NCBI GenBank assembly: GCA_017610175.1
Contig: JAFCCO010000006.1
Span: 2,778-66,777 of the forward strand
Direction of reading: 5' to 3'
Origin: Candidatus Iainarchaeum sp.
GTDB lineage: Archaea > Iainarchaeota > Iainarchaeia > Iainarchaeales > GCA-2688035
DNA: 64,000 nucleotides
Translations under genes and position numbers: made by a program
Shown: positions 1-8,485 of the stretch, one piece after another
Layout of the letters: the number at the start of each line of letters is the position of its first letter
Numbering within the stretch: the stretch's first letter is position 1
The notes under the pieces: model-generated
Database searches by the model: none
Told to the model about the DNA's origin: nothing
The model's input: the letters and a program-made list of their open reading frames with translations, nothing else

Positions 1-96
1 TTGGGCTGAGGGAAAACTACTTGAATGGTTTTGGGGGGGGTGTTTGAAAAGAATTGATGAAACTGCTGGTTTCTTGGAAAAAATACGTTCTGTTGT

Positions 97-531
97 TCAC
101 AGGCATTTTTCCATGAAACAGTAATTTGTGTTCTCGAATCCAAATTTTTCATATGTCTTGTATGCTTTTTCATTTACATTAGCTGCAAGGTACAATACAT
201 TAAATCCTTTTTCCTTGCCAAGTTTTTCCATAAATTGCAGGGTTTTTACCCCGAATCCTTTGCCTTGGTTTTCGGCTTCTATTGCAAATTCTGAAATCCA
301 AAGATACTCACCTTTAATGTAAGTGAACCGTTCTGCAAAAGCGAAACCGATTATTTTTTTATCAATCTCAAGGCAGAAACAAAGGTTTGGGTTGTCTTTT
401 ATAAGTTCTGCAAGCCTTTTTTCCGCTGAATCTTGAGTCCAGTTCTCACCTTGCTTTCTGAATTCTTTTGTAAGGATTTTTGCACACGTTGTCAAATCAA
501 TTTTTTTAGCTGTTCTTATTTTAAAAGACAA
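97..531 (-). CDS. GNAT-family N-acetyltransferase
   Basis: Acetyl-CoA-binding core (…AIEAENQGKGFGVKTLQFMEKLGKEKGF…YKTYEKFGFE). The ORF is open up to ATG 660, but that Lys/Arg-rich extension overlaps the upstream MazG-like gene by 80 nt. TTG at 531 (MSFKIRTAKK…) with AGAGG upstream is the more plausible start. Confidence 0.7.
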   Translation of the reverse strand: MSFKIRTAKKIDLTTCAKILTKEFRKQGENWTQDSAEKRLAELIKDNPNLCFCLEIDKKIIGFAFAERFTYIKGEYLWISEFAIEAENQGKGFGVKTLQFMEKLGKEKGFNVLYLAANVNEKAYKTYEKFGFENTNYCFMEKCL

Positions 532-580
532 TTTAAAAACCTCTTGCAATCGCTTTCTAGATATTATCGGTTTTTCTCCT

Positions 581-973
581 TTAATAATTCTTGTTTTTGT
601 CTTCCTTTTCCTTTCTCTTAATTTTCTGCCACTGTTCCCTTGCCTCTTCCTTTGTTTCAATTTTCACGTCGCCGAAGACGTGCGGGTTTCTTCTGTGGAT
701 TTTTTCCTCAAGCAGTTCAAGCACTTCTTGTGTTGTGAACAGGCCGCGCTTTTCGGACAGGTGGCAGATGTGAATCCAGTCCCACAGTACGTCCCCCAAT
801 TCCTCTTTGAGGTTTTCCCAGTCTTTTTTTTCAACCGCTTCAAGAACCTCGTTTGCTTCGCTTATGAGTTCGTGCGGGTGGCTTTCCAGCGTAAATTCTT
901 TTGCGATTGGGTCCTTGGCCTGGATTTCCAGAATAAGTTCAGCCAGTTTGTCAACCAGCTTGTGGTTTTCCAT
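581..973 (-). CDS. MazG-like nucleoside-triphosphate pyrophosphohydrolase
   Basis: Single MazG-type helical domain: EANEVLEAVEKKDWENLKEELGDVLWDW…HRRNPHVFGD. Confidence 0.8.
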   Translation of the reverse strand: MENHKLVDKLAELILEIQAKDPIAKEFTLESHPHELISEANEVLEAVEKKDWENLKEELGDVLWDWIHICHLSEKRGLFTTQEVLELLEEKIHRRNPHVFGDVKIETKEEAREQWQKIKRKEKEDKNKNY

Positions 974-1013
974 ATTGATTCAATGGGGGGAATTAATTTT
1001 AAGAGGGGTTGTT

Positions 1014-2228
1014 TTAGCTGTGCCTCATTGCCTCTACTGGGTCAAGGTGTGATGCAATTACCGCGGGAATTAGCCCTGAGAGAACCCCCACGATTATGCT
1101 GAATCCCAGTCCCAGTAAAATGAGGGACGGTGAGACTGCTGCCTCAAAGCTTGCGCCCATTGTTGCGCCAATGATTAGTGAAGCAAGCTGGCTTATTCCG
1201 ATTCCAAGGCTTACCCCGATTATTCCCCCAATCAATCCAATAAGCGCTGCTTCCATTAAAAATATTGAAACTATGCTGTTGTTTGTTGCTCCAATTGCCT
1301 TTAACACGCCAATTTCGTGCGTTCTCTCGGCAACGGCCATAATCATTGTGTTCATTATTACAACCCCTCCAACCACAAGCGAGATGGCTGCAATTCCCGC
1401 AAGCACCAGCTGGATTATTCCAATCACGCTTCCCGCGGTTTCAGCGGCCTGTGCGGGGCTTGTTATTTGGAAGTCCTTTTTGTCGTGCTCCTTTTCAAGT
1501 GCCTTTTCAATCCTTTCCTTTACCTCATCCAGGTCCTGCCCGTCGGCAACATTTACTATTATCCTAAAGGGAGTCAATTCTTCCCCGGCCAACCTTTCAA
1601 GGTCGTCAAGTGTTGTCATAATGGAGTTGTTGAACATTGCCCCAAAAAAGTGCCTTGCCCTCTCCAGGATTCCAACAACCCTGAGCTTGTCCCCGTTTAC
1701 GTTTATGGTTTCCCTTAGGTGAATTTCCTCTTCAAAGAAATCCTCTGCAAGCCTTGAGCCTATAAGAATGTTTCTACGGTCCTGTGAAACAAGGTCCCGT
1801 CCCTCTCCAACCACAACCATTCCTGCGGCCTCAAGGCTTCCCGCCCTCTCCGGGTCGGCGCCAAAAATGATTGCGGTTTTCTTCTCTCCCTTGAATTCGA
1901 TTTGCACGGCGCTCATGTATATTCCTGCGGCGGACTCAATCCCGCGGACTTTTTCAATTGTTTCAGGGTCGTCTCTTTGCAGTTCTGCTAGAACGCTTTC
2001 CGCAAACCCGCCTCCTGGGAGGATTGTAAGGGTGTTTGTTCCAAGCTGCTGGAATTGTTCCTGCACCGATGCATTCAATCCCTCTCCAAGCGAAATCAGC
2101 GCAATTATTGCCGCAATTCCAATAACTATTCCAAGTATGGAAAGCGTACTTCTAAGCTTCTGGCTTTTGAGGTTTCTGAATGCAACGCTCACAAGCTCTT
2201 TGTCAAAGAAGTTAATTGCACTACTCAT
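1014..2228 (-). CDS. ABC transporter permease, MacB/FtsX type
   Basis: N-terminal TM, large extracytoplasmic domain and C-terminal FtsX bundle (…MNTMIMAVAERTHEIGVLKAIGATN…). Overlaps the upstream paralogous permease gene by 8 nt. Confidence 0.85.
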   Translation of the reverse strand: MSSAINFFDKELVSVAFRNLKSQKLRSTLSILGIVIGIAAIIALISLGEGLNASVQEQFQQLGTNTLTILPGGGFAESVLAELQRDDPETIEKVRGIESAAGIYMSAVQIEFKGEKKTAIIFGADPERAGSLEAAGMVVVGEGRDLVSQDRRNILIGSRLAEDFFEEEIHLRETINVNGDKLRVVGILERARHFFGAMFNNSIMTTLDDLERLAGEELTPFRIIVNVADGQDLDEVKERIEKALEKEHDKKDFQITSPAQAAETAGSVIGIIQLVLAGIAAISLVVGGVVIMNTMIMAVAERTHEIGVLKAIGATNNSIVSIFLMEAALIGLIGGIIGVSLGIGISQLASLIIGATMGASFEAAVSPSLILLGLGFSIIVGVLSGLIPAVIASHLDPVEAMRHS

Positions 2229-3423
2229 AACGCAGCGCCTCCACAGGATCCATCAACGAAGCCCTTCTTGCGGGGACTATTCCCGAAACTATTCCGACCC
2301 CTGCACTGATGCTTACTCCAATTACAACTATTACGGGATCAATCACTATCGGGAGTGTGAAGTTTAGCGAACCCGCAACTGCTGATATTCCGAATGCGAC
2401 AATATATCCCAGCACAACCCCGAGTGCGCCTCCCGTCATTCCAAGAAGGCCCGCTTCTGTTATAAAAATTGCAAGAATCATGTTGTTTGTTGCCCCAATT
2501 GCTTTCATTGCTCCTATTTCCCTTGTTCTCTCAAGGACGGCCATAAGCATTGAGTTCATTATTCCAATTGCCCCGACAACAACCGAGATGCTTGCAAGCA
2601 TTAGTAAAACAATTTGCATTACTCCAAGCACTGTGTTGAAGCTTTCAAGGAGTGATTCGCTTGTCATAACGGAAAAGTCCTTTTCCCCGTGCGCCCGCTC
2701 CAGCCTTGATTCGATTTTTTCAACAACCGAATTCACAAGGTGCTCGTCTGTCACCTTCACCGCAAGCTCTATTGGGTCTTCCGCCCCAAAAAATGTTCTT
2801 GCCGCGTTTTTTGTCACCCAAAACATGTTTGTTATCCCAAAACTGCTGGATGCGAGGTCGCTGTCATCAAGCAGCCCGACAATTTTGAAGTCCTGGCCGT
2901 TTATTTCAATCTTTTTTCTTACATCGAGCTCTTCGCCTTCCAACGCATCTTTTGCAAAGCTTTCACTAATCAGTATGCTGTAGAGGTCGCTTGATTCAAG
3001 AAGCCTTCCCTTGCCTAGTGAAAGATAGCCCATGCCCTGCATGTACTCTTCCTTGTTTGGGTCATACCCTATTATGAACGCACTCATTTCATGCTCTTTG
3101 TATTTGGCTATGGCTGCGGTTTCGTATAAGCCAACCACCTCCTCAACCCCGGGAATTCCCTTGATTATGTCAATGTCGGATTCGTTAATTGTTCTTGAAA
3201 TTGCGGTGGAAAAGCCCATTTCGCCTCCGGGCTCAACAAATATAACATCCAGGCCGAGTGATTCAAACATGCCTTCCACCGCAAGGCTCAGCCCTGTGCT
3301 TAAAGAGAATAGGGTGACGATGGCTGCTATCCCAATAACCATTCCGAGGAGAGTGAGATAAGAGCGCAGCCTCTGCCTTTTAATGTTTGTAAAGGCTACG
3401 CGAACTATTTCAAGGTCAAGCAA
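2221..3423 (-). CDS. ABC transporter permease, MacB/FtsX type (paralog)
   Basis: Same architecture as 1014..2228 (…MNSMLMAVLERTREIGAMKAIGATN…). Confidence 0.85.
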   Translation of the reverse strand: MLDLEIVRVAFTNIKRQRLRSYLTLLGMVIGIAAIVTLFSLSTGLSLAVEGMFESLGLDVIFVEPGGEMGFSTAISRTINESDIDIIKGIPGVEEVVGLYETAAIAKYKEHEMSAFIIGYDPNKEEYMQGMGYLSLGKGRLLESSDLYSILISESFAKDALEGEELDVRKKIEINGQDFKIVGLLDDSDLASSSFGITNMFWVTKNAARTFFGAEDPIELAVKVTDEHLVNSVVEKIESRLERAHGEKDFSVMTSESLLESFNTVLGVMQIVLLMLASISVVVGAIGIMNSMLMAVLERTREIGAMKAIGATNNMILAIFITEAGLLGMTGGALGVVLGYIVAFGISAVAGSLNFTLPIVIDPVIVVIGVSISAGVGIVSGIVPARRASLMDPVEALRYE

Positions 3424-3460
3424 ACCATCACCTTAAGCGAAAGTTGTTGGAAAAAGGCGG

Positions 3461-4702
3461 TTAAGCCTTTTTCACAAACTTCCTGTATCCCCATTTTCCT
3501 GCCACAAAGAGACCGAGCAATTGCAGTACTGTTGCAATGAGTCCTATGGCTATTCCAACAGGGTCCATTCCTGCCTGTGCCGCTGCTGAATTAACCGGCA
3601 GCACAAGTGTTTTCTCAAACTCTTTCTGCTCTCCGTATTGGTTCTTGTAGGTTAGGCGCATGTTGATGGTTTGTTCTTCGCTTATGTCAAGGTCAGGCCT
3701 TAGCTTCACCGTTATCTTAAAGCTGTCAAAATCATCTGCCTCAAGCGTTCCGATGAACGTTTTTTCCTGGATTATGGTTCCTGCGTCTGTTTCGAGTTCG
3801 GCAACAACGTATTTTGCTGTTCCAATCCCTATGTTGAACAAATCAATTGTTACCTCTGACTTTCCTCCAGGGTAAGCCGGAGGCATTACGTCACTTACAA
3901 CCGCGTCCAATTCAGGGTCCTGAATTACCTGCACTCCAATGTATGATGTGATGGAGTACTCCACTGCGTTTGCGTCCTTGAAGTTTATGGTTATTGGAAG
4001 CGTATATGTTTTTTGCTCTGCTTCCGGATTCACTGCAAGGGTTATTGTTGCGTTCCTTTCGCGTCCTGCCCCAAGGTTTTCAATGAAGTCAAAGCTTGCT
4101 CCGAGCGCTGAAAATTCCCTTTCAACAACAACACCGGTGGCTGTAACTGTCCGATCTTCCGTCAATCCGACAAGCACGTCCATTGCTTCACTGTTCCCAA
4201 TGTTTCTTACTGTGAGTGTAAACTCTGCCACTTGTCCGGGTGAAACCTCTATCTGGCTTGTCCTTACAATTTCTAGGTCAGGCCTTCTGCTTTCAATCTT
4301 TATTATGTAAGGGTATTCCTTCTGTGCACCCGCTTCACTATAGCGAAATACCACAGTGTAAGTTCCATCCAGTGCGGACGGGTCCACTTCAACCCTGAAT
4401 TCCACAAGGGCTGTCTTGTACGGCTTGATTGTGCTGATTATTTTTTGGCTGCTTACACCCGTTCCCAGTGAAAAGGGGTATGGTGTGTCGCGTTCTCTGC
4501 CACCGCTTAAATCAAGCTCAAACTGCACGTCCTCTGACATGTATTTGCTGTTGTTCTTTACGTGAACAAACATGTTAAACGCCTGTCCCGGAATTGCCGG
4601 TGCCGGCGAATAGCTCACGGTTTCTACTATGGGATCCCCTGCAAATGCGTCAACTGCAAGAAGCAGAAGGGTCAATACCAACAAAAATTTCTTCATTCTC
4701 AT
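3461..4702 (-). CDS. Secreted repeat protein (CARDB / COG1361 S-layer-like beta-sandwich repeats) with C-terminal TM anchor
   Basis: Signal peptide MRMKKFLLVLTLLLLAVDAFA. Repeated segments of the type 'V.V.N.G...A..V' (e.g. TLTVRNIGNSEAMDV). C-terminal hydrophobic helix plus basic tail (…GLFVAGKWGYRKFVKKA). 4-nt overlap with the ATPase gene. Confidence 0.6.
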   Translation of the reverse strand: MRMKKFLLVLTLLLLAVDAFAGDPIVETVSYSPAPAIPGQAFNMFVHVKNNSKYMSEDVQFELDLSGGRERDTPYPFSLGTGVSSQKIISTIKPYKTALVEFRVEVDPSALDGTYTVVFRYSEAGAQKEYPYIIKIESRRPDLEIVRTSQIEVSPGQVAEFTLTVRNIGNSEAMDVLVGLTEDRTVTATGVVVEREFSALGASFDFIENLGAGRERNATITLAVNPEAEQKTYTLPITINFKDANAVEYSITSYIGVQVIQDPELDAVVSDVMPPAYPGGKSEVTIDLFNIGIGTAKYVVAELETDAGTIIQEKTFIGTLEADDFDSFKITVKLRPDLDISEEQTINMRLTYKNQYGEQKEFEKTLVLPVNSAAAQAGMDPVGIAIGLIATVLQLLGLFVAGKWGYRKFVKKA

Positions 4703-5403
4703 CTCCTCCCAAATTTTTCATTTTTGATTATCTTGCCATCTTTCAGATGGATGATCTTTTGCGCGCGCTTTCCTATATCGCGTTCGTGCGTTACCATAAG
4801 GACTGTTTTGCCCTCTTTGTTTAGCTCATCAAGAAGGTTAAGGATTTGTTCACCTGAAACAGAGTCAAGGTTTCCTGTGGGCTCATCCGCAACAATCACG
4901 TCAGGGTCAACCGCAAGCGCGCGTGCAATTGCAACCCTTTGCCTTTGCCCTCCGCTTAGTTCGGTTGGCTTGTGGTGTGTTCTGTCACCAAGCCCAACCC
5001 TTTCAAGAATTTCCCTTGCCCTCTTTTCGCGCTCCCCCATTGCAATCCCCTGGAACCAGAGCGGAAGCATTACGTTTTCCAAAGCGGTCATTCTTTGAAT
5101 TAGGTTAAATGTCTGGAAAACAAAGCCGATTGTCCTGCCCCTTACCCTTGCAAGCTCGTTGTCGTCCATTTTTGAAACAGGCTTTCCCCCAATGAAAACA
5201 TCTCCTTTGGTTGGCCTAAGCAAGGCGGACATAATGTCAAGCAGTGTTGTTTTTCCTGAACCGCTTGGACCCATAATTGAAATGAATTCCCCCTGGAATA
5301 TTTTGAAGGAAACGTCGCTTAGTGCGTTTACTTTCATTTTGCCCATGTCGTATATTTTGAAAACATTCCTTGCCTCAAGAATCGGTTGTTTCATCTCATT
5401 CAC
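4699..5403 (-). CDS. ABC transporter ATP-binding protein (MacB/LolD-like)
   Basis: Walker A GPSGSGKTT, signature LSGGQRQRVAIARAL, Walker B VIVADEPTGNLD, H-loop VTHE. Confidence 0.95.
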   Translation of the reverse strand: MNEMKQPILEARNVFKIYDMGKMKVNALSDVSFKIFQGEFISIMGPSGSGKTTLLDIMSALLRPTKGDVFIGGKPVSKMDDNELARVRGRTIGFVFQTFNLIQRMTALENVMLPLWFQGIAMGEREKRAREILERVGLGDRTHHKPTELSGGQRQRVAIARALAVDPDVIVADEPTGNLDSVSGEQILNLLDELNKEGKTVLMVTHERDIGKRAQKIIHLKDGKIIKNEKFGRR

Positions 5404-5441
5404 CTTTCCTATAATATATCAATAATATAATAAACTCGGGG

Positions 5442-5789
5442 CTATTTTTTTCCCCTGAGCTTTTTCTCCAAAGCCTTTGTTCCGCCCTCTTCAAGGAACT
5501 GCTTTATTTCAGGCTTGTTTTTGCCTGTAAGCTTCTTCAGGGATTCAGGGCTTCCGTCGCGAAGCAGTTTTTCGGCCTCGAACAGATGGTTAAGCATTCC
5601 AACTACCGCCTCTGACTTCATTAGAATAATCTGGTCAAATCCGCACGCTGTCGAGCCAAGAACCATTAGCTTTTCTCCGGACTCTATCTTGAACTTTTTT
5701 CTTGCCTCAATTGGCAGGGCGATTTGCCCGCGCTCCCCAACTGTGGCGCTTCCGTAGTGGTCAAGCAGGATTTCCTTCTTTTTAGCCAT
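5442..5789 (-). CDS. AbrB/SpoVT-family DNA-binding protein
   Basis: N-terminal swapped-hairpin motif (GERGQIALPIEARKKFKIESGEKLMVLG). First gene of the ABC operon. Confidence 0.6.
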   Translation of the reverse strand: MAKKKEILLDHYGSATVGERGQIALPIEARKKFKIESGEKLMVLGSTACGFDQIILMKSEAVVGMLNHLFEAEKLLRDGSPESLKKLTGKNKPEIKQFLEEGGTKALEKKLRGKK

Positions 5790-5893
5790 AGATGCACCTA
5801 ATTACAATTAATCATATTTATTATACTTATTATAAAAGTATGTTTAACGGCTTTTGCGCTTGCTTTATAGCGTTTTTCGCGCAGGTTCATTGC

Positions 5894-6358
5894 ATGGGGT
5901 ATTATAATGAAATAAGCCAGGGCTATGATGAATTGCATTTGGGGGAGCAGCGCAAAAAAGCGCAGTTGATTAAGCAAAATTGTGCCCTTCACGGTCTGCT
6001 TTTGGATGTCGGAGCCGGAACAGGCTCGGCAACCGAACTTTTTCGGGACAAAGCGGAGTGCATTGCTCTTGACCCAGCCATTGAAATGCTGAAGAAATTT
6101 TCCGGGCTTAAGGTCTGCGCGTGCGCAGAGCACATCCCCCTCAAAGACAACTGCTTTGATTCCATTGTAAGCCTTACCGCATTGCACCACTGCGACCTTG
6201 AAAAGGCATTTTCAGAAATCAAACGGGTTGCAAAGCCAAATGCGGTCATTGCAATAAGCTTTTTCAGGCGGGCCTCAAATTTCCCGCTGGCAGAGAAGCT
6301 TTTTTCAGGGTTCAGAAAACTGGATGCAGGCGTTGACTGCCTTTTCCTAAGCAAATGA
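5894..6358 (+). CDS. Class I SAM-dependent methyltransferase
   Basis: Motif I LLDVGAGTGSATE and post-I/II FDSIVSLTALHH. The track ORF starts at 5792, but its hydrophobic Tyr-rich leader looks spurious. ATG 5894 (MGYYNEISQGYDELH) was chosen. Confidence 0.75.
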   Translation: MGYYNEISQGYDELHLGEQRKKAQLIKQNCALHGLLLDVGAGTGSATELFRDKAECIALDPAIEMLKKFSGLKVCACAEHIPLKDNCFDSIVSLTALHHCDLEKAFSEIKRVAKPNAVIAISFFRRASNFPLAEKLFSGFRKLDAGVDCLFLSK

Positions 6359-6394
6359 TTTGCTTTTTAAAACTTTAGTAGTTCTTTTTATAGT

Positions 6395-7327
6395 ATGGCT
6401 AATAAAAATACGAAGGCGAAAGCCGGGATTAAAACCGATTCAAAAGTAAAGTCTGCTCCGTCTACCGGAACAAGGCTTAGAAGCGGATTGAACAGTGTGC
6501 TTGAAAATGCACTTCACGTTGCAATACTGACACTTATTCTTGGATTAATTATTGGGGGAAGCCTTGCTGCCGCATTTATGGTGCCATCCGCACCGGCAAA
6601 CGGCGCACCGGCATGTCCCGCAGACCTGATTACAGCAGAACAGGTTGCCCTAAAAGTGCAAACTTACATTAACGAAAACCCTTTCCTGCCCGACGGATTT
6701 GAGGCAACGGGTGCAGAGACCGTTGAATTCAACGAAGGCCTTTACAGGGTAAATTTTAGCATTTCAGACGGTGAAATTAACGAAGCACAGAGTGTTATGG
6801 CTACAGCTGACGGAAAAATAATGTTTATGGATGCAAAGAACCAGCTTTGGTTTGCTCTTGACGAGGCAATTCCAGAGCAACAGCCGCCTGAACCGCCAGC
6901 GCCACTGGAAATAGAGGCAAAGCAACCGCTTAATCCTAAAATACACTCTTTTGCCGATAGCAGCCAGGAAATATGCGCGGTGGATGGCAAGCCAATTGTA
7001 AGGATGTTTGCGTCTTCAAACTGCGGTTACTGTATGTGGAACAAGCCAATATTTGAAAAGGTTGTAAGGGAATATATTGACGCCGGCAAAATTGTTGGGC
7101 GCCTTTGGGAAGACGGACTGGATGTTCTCTCCGACTCAGATGAAACAATGTCTGAAGAAGAAATTGCTCTTTCAGTAAAATTCAATTCAGGGGGCGGAGT
7201 GCCGCTTTTTGTAATGGGTTGTAAATATTATAGGGTAGGGGCATCAAACATTAATGCAGAAAATGCAGAAGCGGTTGAAGAAGCCGAATTAAGGGCTGTA
7301 ATTGAGGATTTGCTTTCAGCCCAATAA
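6395..7327 (+). CDS. Membrane-anchored thioredoxin-fold protein (CGYC active site)
   Basis: N-terminal TM (VAILTLILGLIIGGSLAAAFMV), Pro-rich linker, and a C-terminal Trx-like domain (DGKPIVRMFASSNCGYCMWNKPIFEKVVREY…GGVPLFVMG). Paralog of 7698..8195. Confidence 0.55.
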   Translation: MANKNTKAKAGIKTDSKVKSAPSTGTRLRSGLNSVLENALHVAILTLILGLIIGGSLAAAFMVPSAPANGAPACPADLITAEQVALKVQTYINENPFLPDGFEATGAETVEFNEGLYRVNFSISDGEINEAQSVMATADGKIMFMDAKNQLWFALDEAIPEQQPPEPPAPLEIEAKQPLNPKIHSFADSSQEICAVDGKPIVRMFASSNCGYCMWNKPIFEKVVREYIDAGKIVGRLWEDGLDVLSDSDETMSEEEIALSVKFNSGGGVPLFVMGCKYYRVGASNINAENAEAVEEAELRAVIEDLLSAQ

Positions 7328-7341
7328 AAACAGCTCCGGTC

Positions 7342-7400
7342 GGGAACTTATTTCTTTTGAAATTAGTTCCCCCGAAAAGCCTCCTTTTTCTTTCTTTTTT
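7342..7400. terminator. Hairpin plus T-rich tract between convergent genes
   Basis: GGGAACT (7342-7348) pairs with AGTTCCC (7365-7371), followed by T-rich runs. Lies between the 3' ends of 6395..7327(+) and 7405..7587(-). Confidence 0.4.
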
Positions 7401-7404
7401 TTAT

Positions 7405-7587
7405 TTACTCTATGCGAATGCATGAAACAGGGCAGCTGTCGGCAGCCTGCTGGTTGCAGCCAACCTCCGTTACTTCAAGGCTCTTTGCTTTTGCCTTGTC
7501 GCCCTGCATTTCCCAGTTTTCAGGGCAAACAGCGGCGCAGGTTCCGCAGCCAATGCATTTCTCTTCATCGAAAACAATCTTTGCCAT
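7405..7587 (-). CDS. Small single-cluster ferredoxin
   Basis: CIGCGTCAAVCP … CPVSCI. 60-aa Pyrococcus-type ferredoxin pattern. Confidence 0.85.
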   Translation of the reverse strand: MAKIVFDEEKCIGCGTCAAVCPENWEMQGDKAKAKSLEVTEVGCNQQAADSCPVSCIRIE

Positions 7588-7697
7588 TTCAATTCCTCCT
7601 AAAAAAATAATTCTAACATAGAGTGGGTATTACCTTATTTATTAGCTTTCCTAAGCAAAACGCGAGGTTTAAAAAAGAGTGTTGGCAAAATTAAATT

Positions 7698-8195
7698 ATG
7701 GTTGATACAAAGATTGCAGCGATAGCTGCATCGGTTGTTTTGATTGCAGTGGTTGGAATGTTCTTGTTTCCGGGAACGGGAATGGCTACAATGTATGGGA
7801 GCATAGCCGGATTTCAGGATCAGGGTGGGAATCTTGAGCTCGAAGATGGAAAACCGGTGATAAGAATGTTCTCAACAACCCGGTGTCCGCACTGCCACTG
7901 GGTTGGCTCGGGCTTTGAAGAAGTTGCAAGGGAATATGAGGGCAGAATTGTTGCAAAACACTGGGAAATCGACATAGGGGACGATACCCTTACATCAGGA
8001 TATGAAGGCGGAGTTCCGCAGTCGGAAATAGATATTTTCAGGAAAGCAAACCCAAGGGGAAGTGTCCCGGCATTTATCTTTGCAGGAAAGTATGTTAGAA
8101 CAGGCACTTTGCACGAGTTTGAAGATGATCTCGAAGCAGAAAAAGATGAATTCAGAGCGATGATTGACGCAATTCTTGAAAAGACAGAAGCCTGA
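7698..8195 (+). CDS. Membrane-anchored thioredoxin-fold protein (CPHC active site)
   Basis: N-terminal TM, then DGKPVIRMFSTTRCPHCHWVGSGFEEVAREY…GSVPAFIFAG. Clear paralogy with 6395..7327. Confidence 0.6.
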   Translation: MVDTKIAAIAASVVLIAVVGMFLFPGTGMATMYGSIAGFQDQGGNLELEDGKPVIRMFSTTRCPHCHWVGSGFEEVAREYEGRIVAKHWEIDIGDDTLTSGYEGGVPQSEIDIFRKANPRGSVPAFIFAGKYVRTGTLHEFEDDLEAEKDEFRAMIDAILEKTEA

Positions 8196-8204
8196 ATTTA
8201 TTTG

Positions 8205-8238
8205 CTGCGCAACAATTGCGCGGCACCCAACTTTTTTT
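8205..8238 (+). terminator. Hairpin plus T-run downstream of 7698..8195
   Basis: CTGCGCAA-CAA-TTGCGCGG stem-loop, followed by CTTTTTTT at 8231-8238. Confidence 0.4.
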
Positions 8239-8485
8239 AACTTTTTTCCAAACTATAAGTTTCACTTTATAGACGAAAAGCAAAGGCACCGCATTTGGCG
8301 AATTAAAAAAACTAACTTCACGCTTCGATTTGCAAGCGCAAGGTTTGAAAAACAAATTTTATGCCTTTTTTTATTTGTTTTCCAAATATAAACTGGAGCA
8401 TAATTAACCTTTAAATACTGCCTTGCCATTATTCAATTCAGATGAGTTAATTTTTCTAATAAAAATTGGGCGGGGAGTTATTTTT

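Noticed and set aside
2-123. An open plus-strand frame running in from the window edge (…LEWFWGGCLKRIDETAGFLEKIRSVVHRHFSMKQ*). It could be the 3' end of an upstream gene.
   Set aside because: Only about 40 codons are visible, with no motif. It overlaps the 3' end of the GNAT gene and contains a G8 tract. It cannot be supported from this window alone.
1096-3361. Several long plus-strand ORFs (1096..1722, 1317..1718, 1768..2367, 2309..2983, 3032..3361) antisense to the ABC permease genes.
   Set aside because: The minus-strand products carry clear FtsX/MacB motifs. The antisense translations are Ser/Pro/Ile-rich low-complexity sequences with no motifs, which is typical of shadow ORFs.
8423-8485. 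N-terminal extensions suggested by the ORF track for nrdD (8423), nrdG (10696), the DUF1858 gene (11428), dapB (27983), dapL (27991), the Isf-like gene (51116), gpgS (62699), PGI/PMI (48664) and the XRE gene (22736).
   Set aside because: The extensions are non-conserved, often hydrophobic or aromatic junk, or overlap neighbouring genes. Internal ATGs coincide with the start of the conserved domain and with purine-rich SD-like sequences.
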